Assembly (NCBI RefSeq): GCF_022539665.2
Contig: NC_081333.1
Span: forward strand, 9,238,001-9,302,000
Source: Daphnia carinata
Taxonomy: Eukaryota
DNA: 64,000 nt
Direction: 5' to 3'
In this document: piece by piece, positions 48,687 through 63,700 of the stretch
Layout of the letters: every line of letters starts with the position of its first letter
How positions within the stretch are numbered: the stretch's first letter is position 1
The notes under the pieces: generated by a model
Seen by the model: only the letters and a program-made list of their open reading frames with translations
What the model was told of the DNA's origin: nothing
Database searches by the model: none
Made by a program: the position numbers and the translations under genes

Positions 48687-51600
48687 ATGGACGGCGAGAA
48701 CCGCATCATTCTGAACGTGGGCGGTTTCCGTTTCGAGACGTACCGCACAACGCTCAAAAAGATCCCGGCCACGAGATTGTCGAGGCTGACGGAAGCCCTG
48801 GCCAACTACGATCCCGTTCTCAACGAATACTTCTTCGACCGACACCCAGGAGTCTTTGCCCAAATCCTCAATTACTACCGCACCGGCAAACTGCACTACC
48901 CGACCAACGTCTGCGGTCCGCTCTTCGAGGAAGAGCTCGAATTCTGGGGCCTTGACGCCAATCAGGTGAAAATTCAATCGCTATTCACCAACGTTCTATT
49001 GATACTCTTTAGATCGAAAAAGAAATCGATAGTTTAACCTAAAAATAACAAGAGGGCATTTGTTTATCGTTGTTTCATGTTGAAAATCAACAAACAGGTG
49101 GAGCCATGCTGTTGGATGACGTATACAGTTCACCGAGACACCCAGGTATATTTTCCTTAAGTTTTGTTTATTTTGCATGTTATTGAAGACATCGTGTTTG
49201 TTTTACATTATGTCTACGATCTACATCGCTTAATTCCCGTAAATAAATCGATACTGTTTGACTGCTGTTGCAGACGACATTAGCCATTTTGGACAAGTTG
49301 GATATCGAGACGGACAAGCCAAGTCAAGAAGAAGTTGCTCGTAGATTCGGCTACGAGGAGGCGTATCACAAAGGCCGTCTGAACTGGTGGCAAAAGACGA
49401 AACCCAAGATCTGGTCTCTCTTCGACGAGCCTTACTCTTCCAATTCCGCCAAGGTTAGTAATAGAAAGATATTTCCTAGTCTTCTTGTGTGGCTTTATCA
49501 AATGCTAGCAAACGTCAAGCGAGTTTTGGTTTTATTTGCAGTCAGTTGCAAAGCAAACCTATCAAAGTTAGTCAAACAACCCCCCCAAAATGAGTTTTGA
49601 TTAGTTTCGTCCAATCAGCTGATCGTTGATTATCTTTCCTCAATTTCTTTTGTGTACCCCACAAAACGAATTTGCTCAATTATTTCTCTCGAGGGGAAAA
49701 CGTATAACCAACGTCACGAGTTTATAGTATCCATATACCCTACAGGCGTGCAGGGTAATAAGAATTAGCTTTCTGTCAAGGGTACTAACTCGAATGGCAA
49801 TAAATCTAAATTTGATGTAGATTTTCGTCGAAATGTAGCAGGAAGTTGTATTGAATCACTGACACTGTCTCTAGGAGACATGCTCCTAATGTTTTTCTTT
49901 ACTTGTGGTTGATTAAGTTCCGTGTCTGAGACCGAGCTGTAAATTGGCTGTCTGTCATTTTGGCAATGATGCGCATGGGGCTTCAGTATCTGGCAGCTCA
50001 GAATTGATTAAAACACTTTCCGTTTCGGGAGAAAGATGGAAGTTGAGACACGCTGTGACACAAAGACTTTTCAAAACTTATATTTCAAATGAAAATTGAG
50101 AATACCTGTTGTCGTTGTTGTATGTCGTCTTCGCTTTTCATTCTGATCACCTCCTGCGTTCCATCGGAGTAAAGGTGAACGGAAGCCACGTAAATAGATT
50201 GAACAATGAAACAGCATTAAAGTGGCAACATCAAAGACTTTCTATAAAAGGAAGCGTGACACAGCCAAGACTATAAATCTGAAATAAAAAGACTGACGAA
50301 AATGTGTAGATCAATGCATGCCAAACAACGAGAGAACGAAGCAGCTACAATATAATTTTTGAAACAAAAAAGAAGTCTATCGAAGGGATACTTAATCTTT
50401 ATTGCGCTCAAGATGAATAGAAAGTAACTGAACGAAGTTTGAGTGTTTTAAAACTCTTACAAGTTGTAACGAGAAACTTTCAGTTCCTTAATATCCCAGG
50501 CATCTTTTCTCTTTCACGCCGCTGCGTTTCTCTCCGCCTCATCCATCAGCCCCGTTTTTCTACGATAATAAGTTAGATATAGCTCAGAGCGATACTGCCG
50601 ATCAAGAGGATAAAAAAAAATTCTTTTTAATACGCTTTATACATTTTAAAATATATCCATCAGTGCCACAGCCCTTTGTCTGTATGATTTGCTAGTGGAA
50701 GGATTTGACATCGTAGTGTCAATGTGGTCAAGTTTTAAAAAAAGAAGAGATGGGCCGGATGCGCTTTCATTACTCGAGTGCCATCTAAGTGGGATGGATT
50801 GAATACAGCGATCGGGTAAAAGAGAAATCCCCATAGACATTTTTCTGGTATTTATATATAATTCAGTTCTTAACTTCCCAAGAATTCAACAAAAAACAAA
50901 ACAAAACAAAAGAAACAAAACAAATAAATATAGAGTGCGTGTATGGATCTGGGGACTTCCATCACATTTCTTTGTTCCGCACATGGCGATAGTTTGAATT
51001 CTTTCTCAAAGTTCCATTGCATCAACAGCACTTAGTAGATGTGTCTTTATCATATAGACATGTGATATAAAAAAAAAAAAAAAATAAAATAAAATATTGG
51101 TTTTTTGATATCATCTTCTGCGGCATGACCCATCAGTTTGCTGGTAGATCTTTCCCTTTGGATATGTGTCTATACCGCGAGTGTTATTGATCCAAGCGTC
51201 GATACCATGGTGCTTTACATAACATAAATATGTAGAGAGCCATGCAGAGACGTAGATGAAACAAAAGACACACACGTAAAAGAGGCTCGTTCCCCCCTTT
51301 TTTCAAAACTCCCATTCGGACATGAGGCCCAACATTCCAGGAAAAAGAACAAAATAATCAGAGATGCAAAAAAAAAAAAAAAAAAAAATATGGCCCTGGT
51401 GTGCTGCGCCCCGTGTTCAATCTGATGCAGCTTATTTACTATGTGCTATTGTATTATACGATATTGAACACGTGAACAGTTTCCCCATTTTTTTCATGTT
51501 GTATATTGGGCTGGTTGGTTCTATATAATATCGCGCAAGCTTATTTCAATCGTTATTCGTCTAGGCAATGTAATCAATAAGAGATTTAACGATATAAGAG

Positions 51601-54600
51601 AATTGATTCATAAAGCTTGCTGGGTTGTGTATCTGAATCTGAGTCGATGGTGGGAATATTTCGGGAAGGTGACACCCGCTCGAAAACTTACGAGTTCCTG
51701 TGTGATGATGAATCACTGTCTACGTGCTCACGAATCCATGATACAACTTGTTGGGCTTGTTTATTTTTCAATTCCCACGTTAAGAAAAATTTAATGCTTT
51801 GAAACCATTTTACTCTATCCTATTGGTATTATGTAATTGAATTCTGAATTTCTGCCATGACTGTATGACGATAACAATAAGAAAAAAAACATCTAAATAG
51901 AAATTCCGTTTAGGCAAAGCGCCGAATTGAATGCAGAAGATTGGATCGCTCCCAACGATATGTAAGAAAAAAGGAATGTAAGAATGGCTGGGGGATCGAT
52001 GATCCATTAGGATTTCTATTGTTGTATCACAGCCAGCTTGGTGTTAGACAGCCAATCTTCGCCGCTAACATTCGTAAAAAGTCAGAAACACACACGTACA
52101 AAGAAAGACTTACTGGAATCGTCTCCTGTTTGCATGCGATTTTTGATCACAAGACGATCGTTGGCAGTCGGTTGATTCATTTGTACGCAACAGTATCATC
52201 CTTTAGCCTTTCTCACTTTGTTCATACCGCCGTCATCGGTCTATTAATAAGTCAGTAAAAATTAAGCTAGACGTCCCCCGACCACAGTAATTGGAGAAAA
52301 AAAAGGATCAAAAGGAAGAAACCATTAAAGAGGAAGGAATTTCAAAGATTTTTGCAATGTGCTATTTTCTATGTTGGTTTTAGCTGCCTCCGATCGTTAC
52401 AGAAATCGAAACAATTATTACCGTCGTTGCTCTCTTATACGATGTGTCCCCATCTTCCCTTTTCCCTTTGAATTATGCAAGCAAAAGGTTATTATTTTCT
52501 TTTAGATTTATGTTTTTGATGGCTTCAGATCATTGGGGCTATGATTATCGACCTTAATACGTAAATCTTCTCCTTTTTTTACGATCATTTGAAAAATAGA
52601 TTAACTATATTTATTCAAAGTCATATATAAAATTGATGTATGTTTTTTTTCTCTATAGATCGTTGGCTTGGTGTCGGTATTCTTCATTTGCGTTTCGATC
52701 CTGTCGTTTTGCCTGAAGACACATCCTAATTTGCGAGTGCCCGTCATCCGGAACGTCACAATCGATTGGTCGAGATCTGCGCTTTCGTCGCCAGTGCTCG
52801 ACATTTACCACCGCTTTAGAAATCAGTATCCAACACGTCATAGTAACTGGACGACCAGTTGGACCCTGGACAAGACTCGCACCGAACCACATCAAGCCTT
52901 CTTCTTCGTCGAGCTGGTTTGTTTTTGCTTTCAATTCAACACCGTCTCGTTAAATTGATTGGATTGAAATCATATTACAGATGTGCAATGTCTGGTTCAC
53001 TCTGGAATTCACCGTCCGTTTTGTCGTGTGCCCCAACAAATGTATCTTTGCCCGGTCGCTCGTTAATATTATCGACTTGGTGGCTACCCTCTCATTTTAC
53101 ACAGACATTCTCTTACAGGTCAGTGGTACGCATATTGTGCGAAATTCCTAATGAAACCTTACGTCCTGGAAATTGTGAATAGGAGCTGGCCCATCACGTA
53201 GATAATGCCGATATATTGGAATTCTTCTCCATCATTCGAATCTTGCGTCTGTTCAAACTGACCCGCCACTCGCCCGGCCTGAAAATTCTTGTCCACACGT
53301 TCAAAGCTTCGGCCAAAGAGTTGGCCTTGCTCGTCTTCTTCCTCGTCCTGGGCATTGTCGTCTTCGCCAGTTTAGTCTATTACGCCGAGAGGCTCCAGGC
53401 CAATCCCGACAACAACTTTAAGGTAAAAAAAAATAAAAAATGTTATTATTTGAATTTTTTCTGAAAGCTCGTATATCATCGAAGGGGCGAGGTCGTAATA
53501 ATGCACGTAATATTCCGATAAAATTGCAATCATGTAAGCAATAATGTTGGACGACATCCGCCTCCGAATGAGAAACTGTCGGTGTAGGCGTGGGAGGGTT
53601 CGAGAATCGTTCGCTTACATCTTTCTCATATCCCCCCATCGTATGAACACACTCGTAAGCGCAATCACGAATAATGATTAGAGTAGCGGATGTCAGAGCG
53701 ATGACTATTAATACGCACGCCCCGATGACCGTTTCTTCTCCCCGCCCATTTCAAGAGAGGCAAAAGTTCGCTCGCCGGAAATTTGGTTGGCAACATCCCC
53801 CCTAAGGCTATCTCGAGAGCGTGCGTTAGTGTCAGATAATTATCGAGCTTCCTCTTTCAATGCAAACTACATTTCATCTCCCCGTCTGGAGGTTTTTGTT
53901 TATTTACGTAATTGTCTTATTTTAATTGAGTAGAGTTGGAGAGACATAACAAGTGCTAGAAAGCGATGGTTTAATGCAATCACAGAATGAGTAGAAGACA
54001 ATAGTGTGTCGTGAGGGGTTAGAAAAAAAGGGCCTAATAGGGGAATAAATAATAAGGAGATTTGAGTGACAAAACTATTACTGCGATGTGGCCGTAGAGA
54101 ATGGGTTGCGCTATTTCAATCCCTTTTTTCAATGTTGACGTAAATTCAGACAAGTTGACGCTAAATAACAACAACAGCAGTCAGCGCCAGCAATAGAAAC
54201 AAAAACGATAAATTATTATCGCCCCAACTGCAGACGACTGTTTAGATCTATGTCTCTCAAAGTTAAAGTAATTGCAGTGGCAAATAGAATAAGACGTCAG
54301 TTCGTCTTCTAATGTTTATCTTGGCAATGCAATCCGAAATCCATCAGTTCCACATGTCGTTCACGGTCTTGCGTTTCAATCACGATGACTGCGGGCTATT
54401 TCTGTAACTGTTCTGTAAGGGCATACGGGTTGATTGTTTTCATTTTTATCTCTACAACATTGTTCACTTGGCGATCCGTGTTTACTACTGTTTCATTTGA
54501 TGGAGAGCAGAGTATACCAGAAGGTCTCTGGTGGGCCATCGTCACCATGACGACGGTACGTTATTGTTCTCTTTTTTTTTTCTTTTTTATATTAATTAAT

Positions 54601-56564
54601 TTTCAATGACATTCCGCTGACCAGCCATTTTATATGATGCATCAATCTGTGGCTCCCAATATCTCATTGGTTATACAATGAAACATTATTTGTTTAAATT
54701 ATTTAGGTGGGTTATGGAGATATGGCGCCCAAGACGTATGTCGGAATGTTTGTCGGAGCGCTATGCGCCCTGGCCGGCGTGCTTACGATCGCTTTGCCCG
54801 TCCCTGTCATCGTCTCCAATTTCTCCATGTTCTACAGCCACACTCAGGTAAATTCCGAGGGAAATTCAAATATTTTTTTCTAGTTTTTCCTTGAACTGCG
54901 TGTTTCTTTGACTGAGAAGTTGAAGAGTTGTAAGTTTTCCGTTTAACAGAAGTTTCAGTTATGCACTAGGCGTGAAAGCAAATACCTTAACTTGGGGAAT
55001 CCTTTTCGTTTTTTTGCGTCTTGTATCGTTCGTTTGATCAGTTTTATCAAACAAGAAATTCAAAAGTCACAAACTTTTTCTTTCTTTCTGTTGCTCCGTG
55101 ATCATTGACTAAACTTTTCAATCATCACGGATATCGGAAAGAAAGGCCAAGTCAGTAACAAAATCCGACAGTTGCAAAGGCGTATGATTTTCTTTACAAC
55201 GTGAAAAAATGCATTTGATTTAATTCTCCATGCAAAAAGTGAAGCAAACGAGCAAAGTTAGACTCGTCATTTTCTGAAAAGATGAACAATTTCAGAGTGA
55301 CTGGAATCTTACGGACTTTGGAAGCAAAAAAGGGAAGGAGGCAACCCAGATATAGTAGATGACATATGTTCTATTCTATCTTTGCCCCCATGTTTTCTCG
55401 TATACAATAATGTATGGACATACAAATACAACAAAAGAAGCCTAGCAGCAATGGCTTCTCCATTGTATTTATTTGTCCGTGCAATGAACGTCGGCGTGGT
55501 CGAGAAAAGGGACTCGCTAGAACTTTCACGGGGTAAACATCGTGTATTGTACAGTCTTCTCTTGGCTGAATGATGAGCCAACTCAAAACGGGTGTGGAAT
55601 GGAAAGGAATCGTCGGAAAAAAATAGAAATGTATATACAATGAACTTTACTGCGTGTACTAAGATCTCGTTAAGTCGTTTTTTGTATATTTACAGTTCAA
55701 AATGTGCACTGGGTGGTAACAACAAAAAGGGGAGGAAAAATAGATACGTCTTTTCTTAACTCTCGCTTTTAAAAAAAAAATTATTTCATTTTATTGAAGA
55801 ATAATTCAAATGTATACACAGGCGCGATCCAAGTTGCCGAAAAAAAGGCGATGCGTCTTGCCTGTGGAGCAGATCCGGCGGAAGCAACAACACAATCGAA
55901 ACGAAGGCGGTAATGGTGGCGGCCTCCAGCGACGGATGAACGCCTTCAAGCACAATCCTCCTGCCATGTTGCTTAAAGATGCTATGGCTGTCACATTTGG
56001 CGCAGGTATTTATAAACTTCCTGCTATTATTAATAATTAAAATGATGAATAATTAGATTCTTCTTGTCATACAGCGGGCGCTTGTAATAACGTGAGCGTC
56101 GTCTCGATGGCAACCGGCGCACCGGTGGTTAATAAGATGCCGGGCTGCCCAAATTCCGTGGCTTCGATACAACCAACACTGCCGGGCCGGCCATCAGCCG
56201 CATTCGATTTTACCGCCCTCGGACTGATGGCCAAAATTATCGGTACATCAAGTCTAACAAAACATTAAAAAAAATTATTCATTAATTTCTGTTGTGTAAA
56301 GAATCCCCACCATTGGTGACTCTGCAAGTGGCCAGTAAAAGTCCATCCGCTTCCCTGGCCTGCCTCCAGCCGTTGCAAGATGGCCTGCAGGCGATGGCTC
56401 GTCATTCACCACCGTCTCAGGTGCTGATGTCGGACGTTGACGTCGAAGCAAACGATGTCAAAATCAACGGAAATCATCTGGCGGCCGATGCGGTGGAGAC
56501 GACGTCGATTGAAGCCGGCAAGGACTTGCTGATCGATCAGCTGGCAGCACCCTCCTTGAGCTGA
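48687..56564 (+). CDS. Shawl: Voltage-gated K+ channel, Shaw/Kv3 family (closest to Shaw-like)
   Basis: T1 domain [13 protein letters not shown]...FFDRHPGVF...VEPCCW, S4 [17 protein letters not shown], pore [20 protein letters not shown] and S6 [21 protein letters not shown] and [11 protein letters not shown] resemble Drosophila Shawl more than Shaw. Confidence 0.93.
50890..50925. repeat. (AAAAC)n-type microsatellite in a Shaw-family intron
   Basis: CAAAAAACAAAACAAAACAAAAGAAACAAAACAAA. Confidence 0.7.
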
Positions 56565-57735
56565 GAGCACTTCACCGTTTTCGAACGCTGCAAGTGCGGT
56601 CTCTCTCTTCCTTTTCTTTTCCCCCAAGCTGCCATAGCCGCCACATCAATCGATTAGATTTAATCTATTCGTCGCTGCTGCTGTCCTGTACAATTTTTTC
56701 CTCTAGCTTATTTTTATCTTCTCCATCTTTTTCCTTATCTTTTTTTTTTCTAACTCTCTTTTCCTCGTTGACGAATCAGATCTACAATCAAATCTCGGAA
56801 CAACAAATTCATACAGATGAATTGTGTTGATGTATGATATTTAGATTTTATTTTGTGTTCGCTGTCGGGTTCAACTGTTTCATCTATTTCACTATGACAA
56901 CTTTACTTTTCTCGAAATGATAAGCAAAACGTTATCTTTTAACTAATAACGCGCACATTCAGCTTTCGACATTTGAATTGCCACTCACAGCATGCGATTT
57001 CAGGACGTTTATTACCCATGCAGCAAAGTATAGGCAATTTTACCAAGAACCATGAAATGTAGACAGAAAAGAAATAAGAAAAAAAAACATTTGAATGTCT
57101 GATGTAAGGGGTCGCAAATGTCGAGCTGATGAAGCGTGTTGCCAATAAATGCTGAATGTAAATTTGGTCTCCAGCGTTTCAAGCGCTGGCGACACGTAAT
57201 TCTCCAGAGAGGCTTATATGTGAAATATACTTGCGTCCTGTACATACATCAATACAGTCTATTTTTATTTCCATGCATTTACAATTTAGATTGAACTCTT
57301 GTTTTTGGCGCAGTGAAACTATATCATGCTTAGCCAGGTACTTTTACTACTAGTACCATTTTCCTCCATCTTTCTAGGTGTAAAAGCCAAAAAATCAGCC
57401 TATGGCGATGATCCTAAAGTCAGCATTATCCTAGCTGTTTGCCGATGACAGAATATAAGTCGAATTTAGTGAGAAACTTATACACATTCACTTGTCAAAA
57501 TTTCAAAAACAAACGTGAAATAGTTGACGTGCCAACGTCATCTACCGATCACTGCTTTAACTGTTCTGCGCGTCTTGTTGCATGGCGGACCTTCTTGTTC
57601 GTCAAACAAATTTCATGTTTACGTTTTAATATTGCTTTTGTAATACGCAATGAATCTCTTTTGTTTATGAATAGTAGTAGAAGTGTACTTGCCAGTAGAA
57701 CCTTACCATGGATTCTGAATCTTAGTGCTTCAAAA

Positions 57736-60700
57736 ATGCCGGAAAATTCACGGGGGAAGAGATGGAGAGCTACGAGGCTTCATCGTTTACTGTCAGCTGC
57801 CAAAATGGGCCTGAATTTCAGTATTTTTGCAGCCCTACTCATGGTCATTTCCGCGTCAACCACTATTAGTGCCATCCACAGTTGTAACAGGGGAAGGTTC
57901 ATTGTGAATTCTACTTGGGGTGCCATCACAAATGGGCCTGAAAATTACCGTGAAGACAGTTACTGTGTTTGGCTCATCGAAGGTAATTCTTGGCTAAAAT
58001 TTTTGGTAGGTATTCAAAAAATAACCAGCGATATAATTTTTTAAAAATTGTAGCTCAACACCCAGGGCAGTATATTACACTCACATTCCATTCCCTCCAG
58101 ACAGAGTGTGCATATGATCATGTATTTGTCTATGACGGAGACTCTGTCTTGTCGCCAATGAAAGGTAGCTTCAGTGGACGGGGTCTACCTCCACCTGTCA
58201 TTGCCAAATCTGGCTCGGTGAGTATTTTTTAAACCATTTCATTGTCAATCATATATCTATTTATTAATTCCTTTGCAGATGGTGGTTTTATTGTACAGCG
58301 ATACAAACTATGTATTGGAGGGTTTCTCTGCTGAATACTCTGTAACCGACTGTCCTCTCAACTGTTCCAATCATGGGCATTGTGTCAATCATACATGTGT
58401 GTGTGAAGTGGCTTTTGTAGGCGAAGCATGTGAATACGAAGCCTGTCCGGACCAGTGTGGCTTTACCGAAAGCAGAGGATGGTGCGAGAAAATTGACGGA
58501 GTTTACCAGTGTGTGTGCAATCAAGGATACATGGGACTAGACTGTGGCCTGGATACGAAATCAACCTTAGGGAATTCGTGGCATCTTCTCGGTCGTGGAA
58601 GCCAAGCGATGCAACGGACAGCTCACGGCGGTGTCTACCTCAAGAATTTGAACAAGTTCATTGTATTTGGCGGTTTTGATTTGAACGTTCCGCTTGGAGA
58701 CCTACTGTCATTTGATATGAATTCTTCAAAGTGGACTAATTTGAGCGCTTTAGCATTTGATCAGAGCCATGTTAATGTTTCGGAATTTATCCAAAATGAC
58801 GAACCGCAATTGGAAGCCATTACACCCAGAGCACGCTACGGCCATGCTATGGGAGCGTTAGATGACGGCTTCGTTCTCTATGGAGGCCAGTTAGCTGAGG
58901 GAAGTCTCTCAGACGAATTTTTCTACTATGATGCCAGCAAAAATGTGTGGACTGTGTTAGCAGACAAAAGTCAAGTGCAACCTCCTCCGTTAACTCGTCA
59001 TACCCTTTGCGTGGTGAACAACTCATTAGTTTACATATTCGGTGGCAGCATGGCAAATGGGGAATTCTCTTCCAGGCTATTTCGCATACAGATAAACACA
59101 TCAGGTAAGTAACTCTGCCTTATTTTGTTTGTAATAGTTGTATTACACTTTTTTATTTCATTACAGATCTTGGCAATGAGGAATGGGAGGAAGTAGAACC
59201 TAGAGGTGGGAAACAGCACGATATCCGTCTAGTCGGCCACAGCATGGTATACCACCTTGAAAGCCACTCGCTCATAGTTTACGGTGGAATTTTGGCGGAT
59301 GCTGCTCGTTTTTCCAAGTTGAGCGATCGTCTTTTCATTTTTAACTTGGAACAACTTCACTGGGCTGAACTGCTTTACCCCCGTGGAACTTTGCCCGACC
59401 TTCACATCCCTCTCGAGCGCGCCTTTCACGGTGCTGTTCTTATGGGTTCGTACATGGTGGTTTTTGGCGGATATACTCATAAACATAACCGCGAAGAAAT
59501 ATGTTACGATTCAGGTATTAAAATTAAACTACCTCAATGGTCGTAGCTTGAATTGTAAGCAATTCGTTGGTGTAACAAACGTTAGGGTTGTATTTCTACC
59601 ATTTGGGCTGCCACACGTGGGTCAGCCACCATGTGTTGGACCACGGAAACGACGGAATGGGAAAGGATCTATTATCTCCGAAAGGTGTTTTCAGTTTCGC
59701 CTCAGCTGTAAAAGAAGACAACGTTTTCCTGATCTTTGGTGGCTATCGCGGTTCCGTTTCCGGTGACATGCTAGCTTATGTCGTGCCTTTGGAGATGGTT
59801 GGGAGTCGTAACGGTCAACCAAACAGCTCCAATTGCCAGCGACATCCATCACAGCTGAGCTGCACTGCCAATCCTGAATGCGGTTGGTGTCCAGCTGACG
59901 GAGTTTGCTATCAGCGGACATCTGGAGCCAATTGTACCAGTAACTTGCAAACAACACAATGCCCTGGAATCTGTCCAGCACTAGCCGACTGTTACGCTTG
60001 TACTGTGCACGGTAACGCGTTGACAGCTGGTAGTGCGGATTCTACGAAACTGGGCCAGTGCGCCTGGTGCGTCCAGACAGCTCGATGTCACCGTCGTGAT
60101 GATAATATGGGTGTCTGTGGAGCTGGAATGGAAACTCCGTCCGGCGTCGTCGGTTGGTGGGGAAGTGAAGGCACGGACATCACAGCAGTGGACGAATGCC
60201 GAACCAGGGATTTCCGACCCGGTCTTACCTATCTTCTCTACGAACATCCAGCAAATTTTTCGCAACCAGATGAAGTTGGTGTTGTCAATTCGACATTAGC
60301 AAATTTCCAACCGCACTCAAGAATTTATTTGCAACCACGAGATCATGCAACTTCCGCTGGAGGAACTGGAGGAGGTACCATGGTAGCTCGGATGCTCGGA
60401 TTCATCCATCCACTTGCAAATAAAGCGCGGCCATTAAACGACTACCAGCAGGAGTTTAAAAGTAACATGCTGATATTCAAATTTGTTTTCAAATTTACTA
60501 ACTTATATGTTCTATTTTTAACAGTCATGATGGATTCCTCTTACGCATCTTCGGTTTTGCGTATTTCGCTGGATGAATCAGCCGAACGGTTAGAGGTTGT
60601 GGCTTCCATGACGGTAAACGACACCAACACCAGTCGTGTAGAAGCTATTCGACCGGATAAGACTCCAATTTTCCCCGATCCTAGTCGTGGACGAAAGTAC

Positions 60701-63700
60701 ATGATGGAATTTACAGCGAATCGTTCGCTAATCGGTGTAGCAGGTGCTGACGATCACATGGATACGCAAAGAGAGATCTCGAGCATGCAACTCGTCTGGA
60801 ACGGCAAATCGAATTACAGAAAGGTCAGAAGACTACACCTTGCCAAAATCTATTCCTTATAACGATGGTTTTATCATTCAGATGTTCACCTTCGAGTACG
60901 TGGAACCGTACAGCAATGGCTCCTGTCACTTGTACACCAATTGCATGCAGTGTCTATCAGATTCATTGTGCGGCTGGTGCGAGCCTAGCCGTCACTGTCT
61001 GTCCAGGATCGGATCCAACGCAACGGAATCCGATGAACCATCGCAATGTTATTTGGATGCGAAAAAGACAACAACCGCCTTCCTGACTCTGAATCCACCA
61101 CAGTGTATCAATTGTTCAAATCACATTTCGTGCCATCAGTGTGTGGTAGACAGTTCGTGCGAATGGCTGGTAGATGAAGCCTATTGCACGCGACGTGGAA
61201 GGTATATCAACGGTTTCGCTTTTTGTGTTTTATCTATATTATCTGACATTCTCATTTATCACCAGATTTGCTGGTGCTGTACAAGCAGCAGGAGAATGTC
61301 CGGTGCCTTGTAACGAACGAAAGGGATGTTCTTCATGTTTGGGCGAACCGGGTCGTTGCACTTGGTGTGAAGAGACGCAAACATGTTTTGTTTTCTCCAG
61401 TTATATAGGTACTTTTTCAATTGCTAATCCTATAAGTTCTTTGGTGAATTCAAAATTGTTTAATTTCGATTTCAGTGGTTTATCAATTCGGAATGTGTCG
61501 GGAGTGGGTCGATGTTGAAGCACAGTCACATTTGGACGGAGGAGTGCTGTCTGGCCGGACATCTCTACGGGGGGATATCGGTGGTCTCCCCGAATCGATG
61601 ATGATGGTTGGAACTGGGAAATCACTATCATCCGTCAACGGCAGCCGCAACGGAATCAGCGCTGGGCGTTGTAAATCGTGCGAAAGGAAACAGAGCTGTT
61701 CCAGCTGTTTGGTTGATTTGGGCTGCGGTTGGTGTTACTATAGCAACAACCCCATGATTGGCGTCTGTAAAACTGGAGATTTCCATTCACCCGCTGCTGG
61801 TAAAATTTAATCATTAACATATTGTTTTATTACGTCAAGTAGGATAGCTTTGTTTTGCGACTGCAGGTAATTGCTCGGTTTTGTTGGGTGATACACCATC
61901 ACCACCATCGTCTTTGCTGATGGCGCCACACGATCACAGCCATCCTGTTTGGAATTGGGCCTATGCCCAGTGTCCCGACGTCGATGAATGCTCTTTAGGC
62001 CAACACGATTGCCATCCCGACGCAGCTTGTCTCAATACTCCGGGCTCCTATCTTTGTGCGTGTAAGAAAGGCTATATCGGCGATGGGAAAACGTTTTGTG
62101 AACGCACCTGTTTTGAGGATTGCGTTCATGGCCGTTGTTCTGGCCCACCCGATTTTCAGTGCGAATGCGAGCTCGGTTGGACCGGTTCAGATTGCCAAGA
62201 AGACTGTGGTTGTTTTGGTCATTCAACATGTTATCAAGGGATTGGCACATGTGATCATTGCCAAGACCTGACTGATGGTAAGTTGCCGAATTAAAAGCAG
62301 ACGACAATAAAGAATTGACTTTATTCTGTGTGATCTAGGTATGAACTGTGAGCTATGCAGGGCTGGTAGCTACGGTAATGCCACTACTTCAGAGGGCTGT
62401 CAACTTTGTCAGTGGTAAGAAATGAGGTAAAAATAAAAAATAAGAATAAACCAATGTAATATTTTCGTCCAAAATAGCAATGGTCATGCCAATGGGACTG
62501 CTGGGATCTGTAATCCAACAACAGGCCAGTGTTACTGTCAGGACGAGACTGAAGGGAATAAATGCGAATTGTGCAAACCTGGTTATTACGGTGATCCACG
62601 TCATGGCGGTACCTGCTATCGTCAATGTTCGTCTCGTGGAATCCTTTCTTCTATCACTAACGGCAGCTTGGGGAGTTACTCGGCACCCGACAGTCGCAAC
62701 ATTTATCGCCATTCCAAGAACGAGATGGAAGTGCAAGATTGCGTTTGGGTTCTCAACACGCACAATTCCGTCAGAGGAGTGACGGTCGGATTAGGAGGAG
62801 ACGGACCCAAAGCTAAAGAAGCTATTATCCAGCTGACGATCCATCAAGGAGCTCGTATATTATGTCCCACGAATTACGTCTACGTTTATGACGGCCTGCC
62901 CGATTTCATGTCCCTGGAAAATGGATGGACAAGACAAAATCACTTGCTTGGAGCTTACTGCTCACCGCAAACGGTCTTCCCGCTCAACGTCCATGCCCAT
63001 TCAGGCATTATGACCATATTTTATCGAAGGAATGACGTCAAGCAGGGGTATGTCATTGTAAATAACGTTTCATTCGTTTTCATAAGCATCATGGTTCTTA
63101 TCTATCTCTAGGTTTAATGCATCTTTTACTGTACTTTCCTGCCCTGCTAACTGCCTCCCACCTCGCCAGTGTGTTGCTGGTAAATGCAGTTGCCCGTCTG
63201 GCTGGGTTGGTACAGACTGCGAAGGACAAGTTTGCCCAAACGATTGCTTCTCTCAGCTCGACCATGGAAAGTGCGACATGAGCGCCGGTCGCTGTCTCTG
63301 CCAGAAAGGCTTCGCTGGTGCCGATTGTAGCCAAGCTCGACGCCGTTCTTCCATCGTCGTTACAGAGTTGATCGACCCTCACAAACTGACGGAAGGTCTG
63401 GAGCATTTGAAAACAGTGCTGCCCAGATTGGGTCATAGTCTGGCCGTCGATCATCGCGGTTCACTTTGGCTTTTCGGGGGCTACTCCATGTCGCGCGGAC
63501 CGTTGAATGATATACGAGAATTTGAAACGAAGAATCTCACATGGCTTCAGGTAACTGTTCATATTCAGCCGGGCGTGGGGGGTGGAGAGTCATCTCTTCC
63601 ACCTGAACGTTATTTCCATTCTGCCGAGTACGTCAACTCGCAACGAAGTCTTTACGTTTATGGTGGCATGGGTCATCGCGATCGTGCCTCCAGCGCTTTC

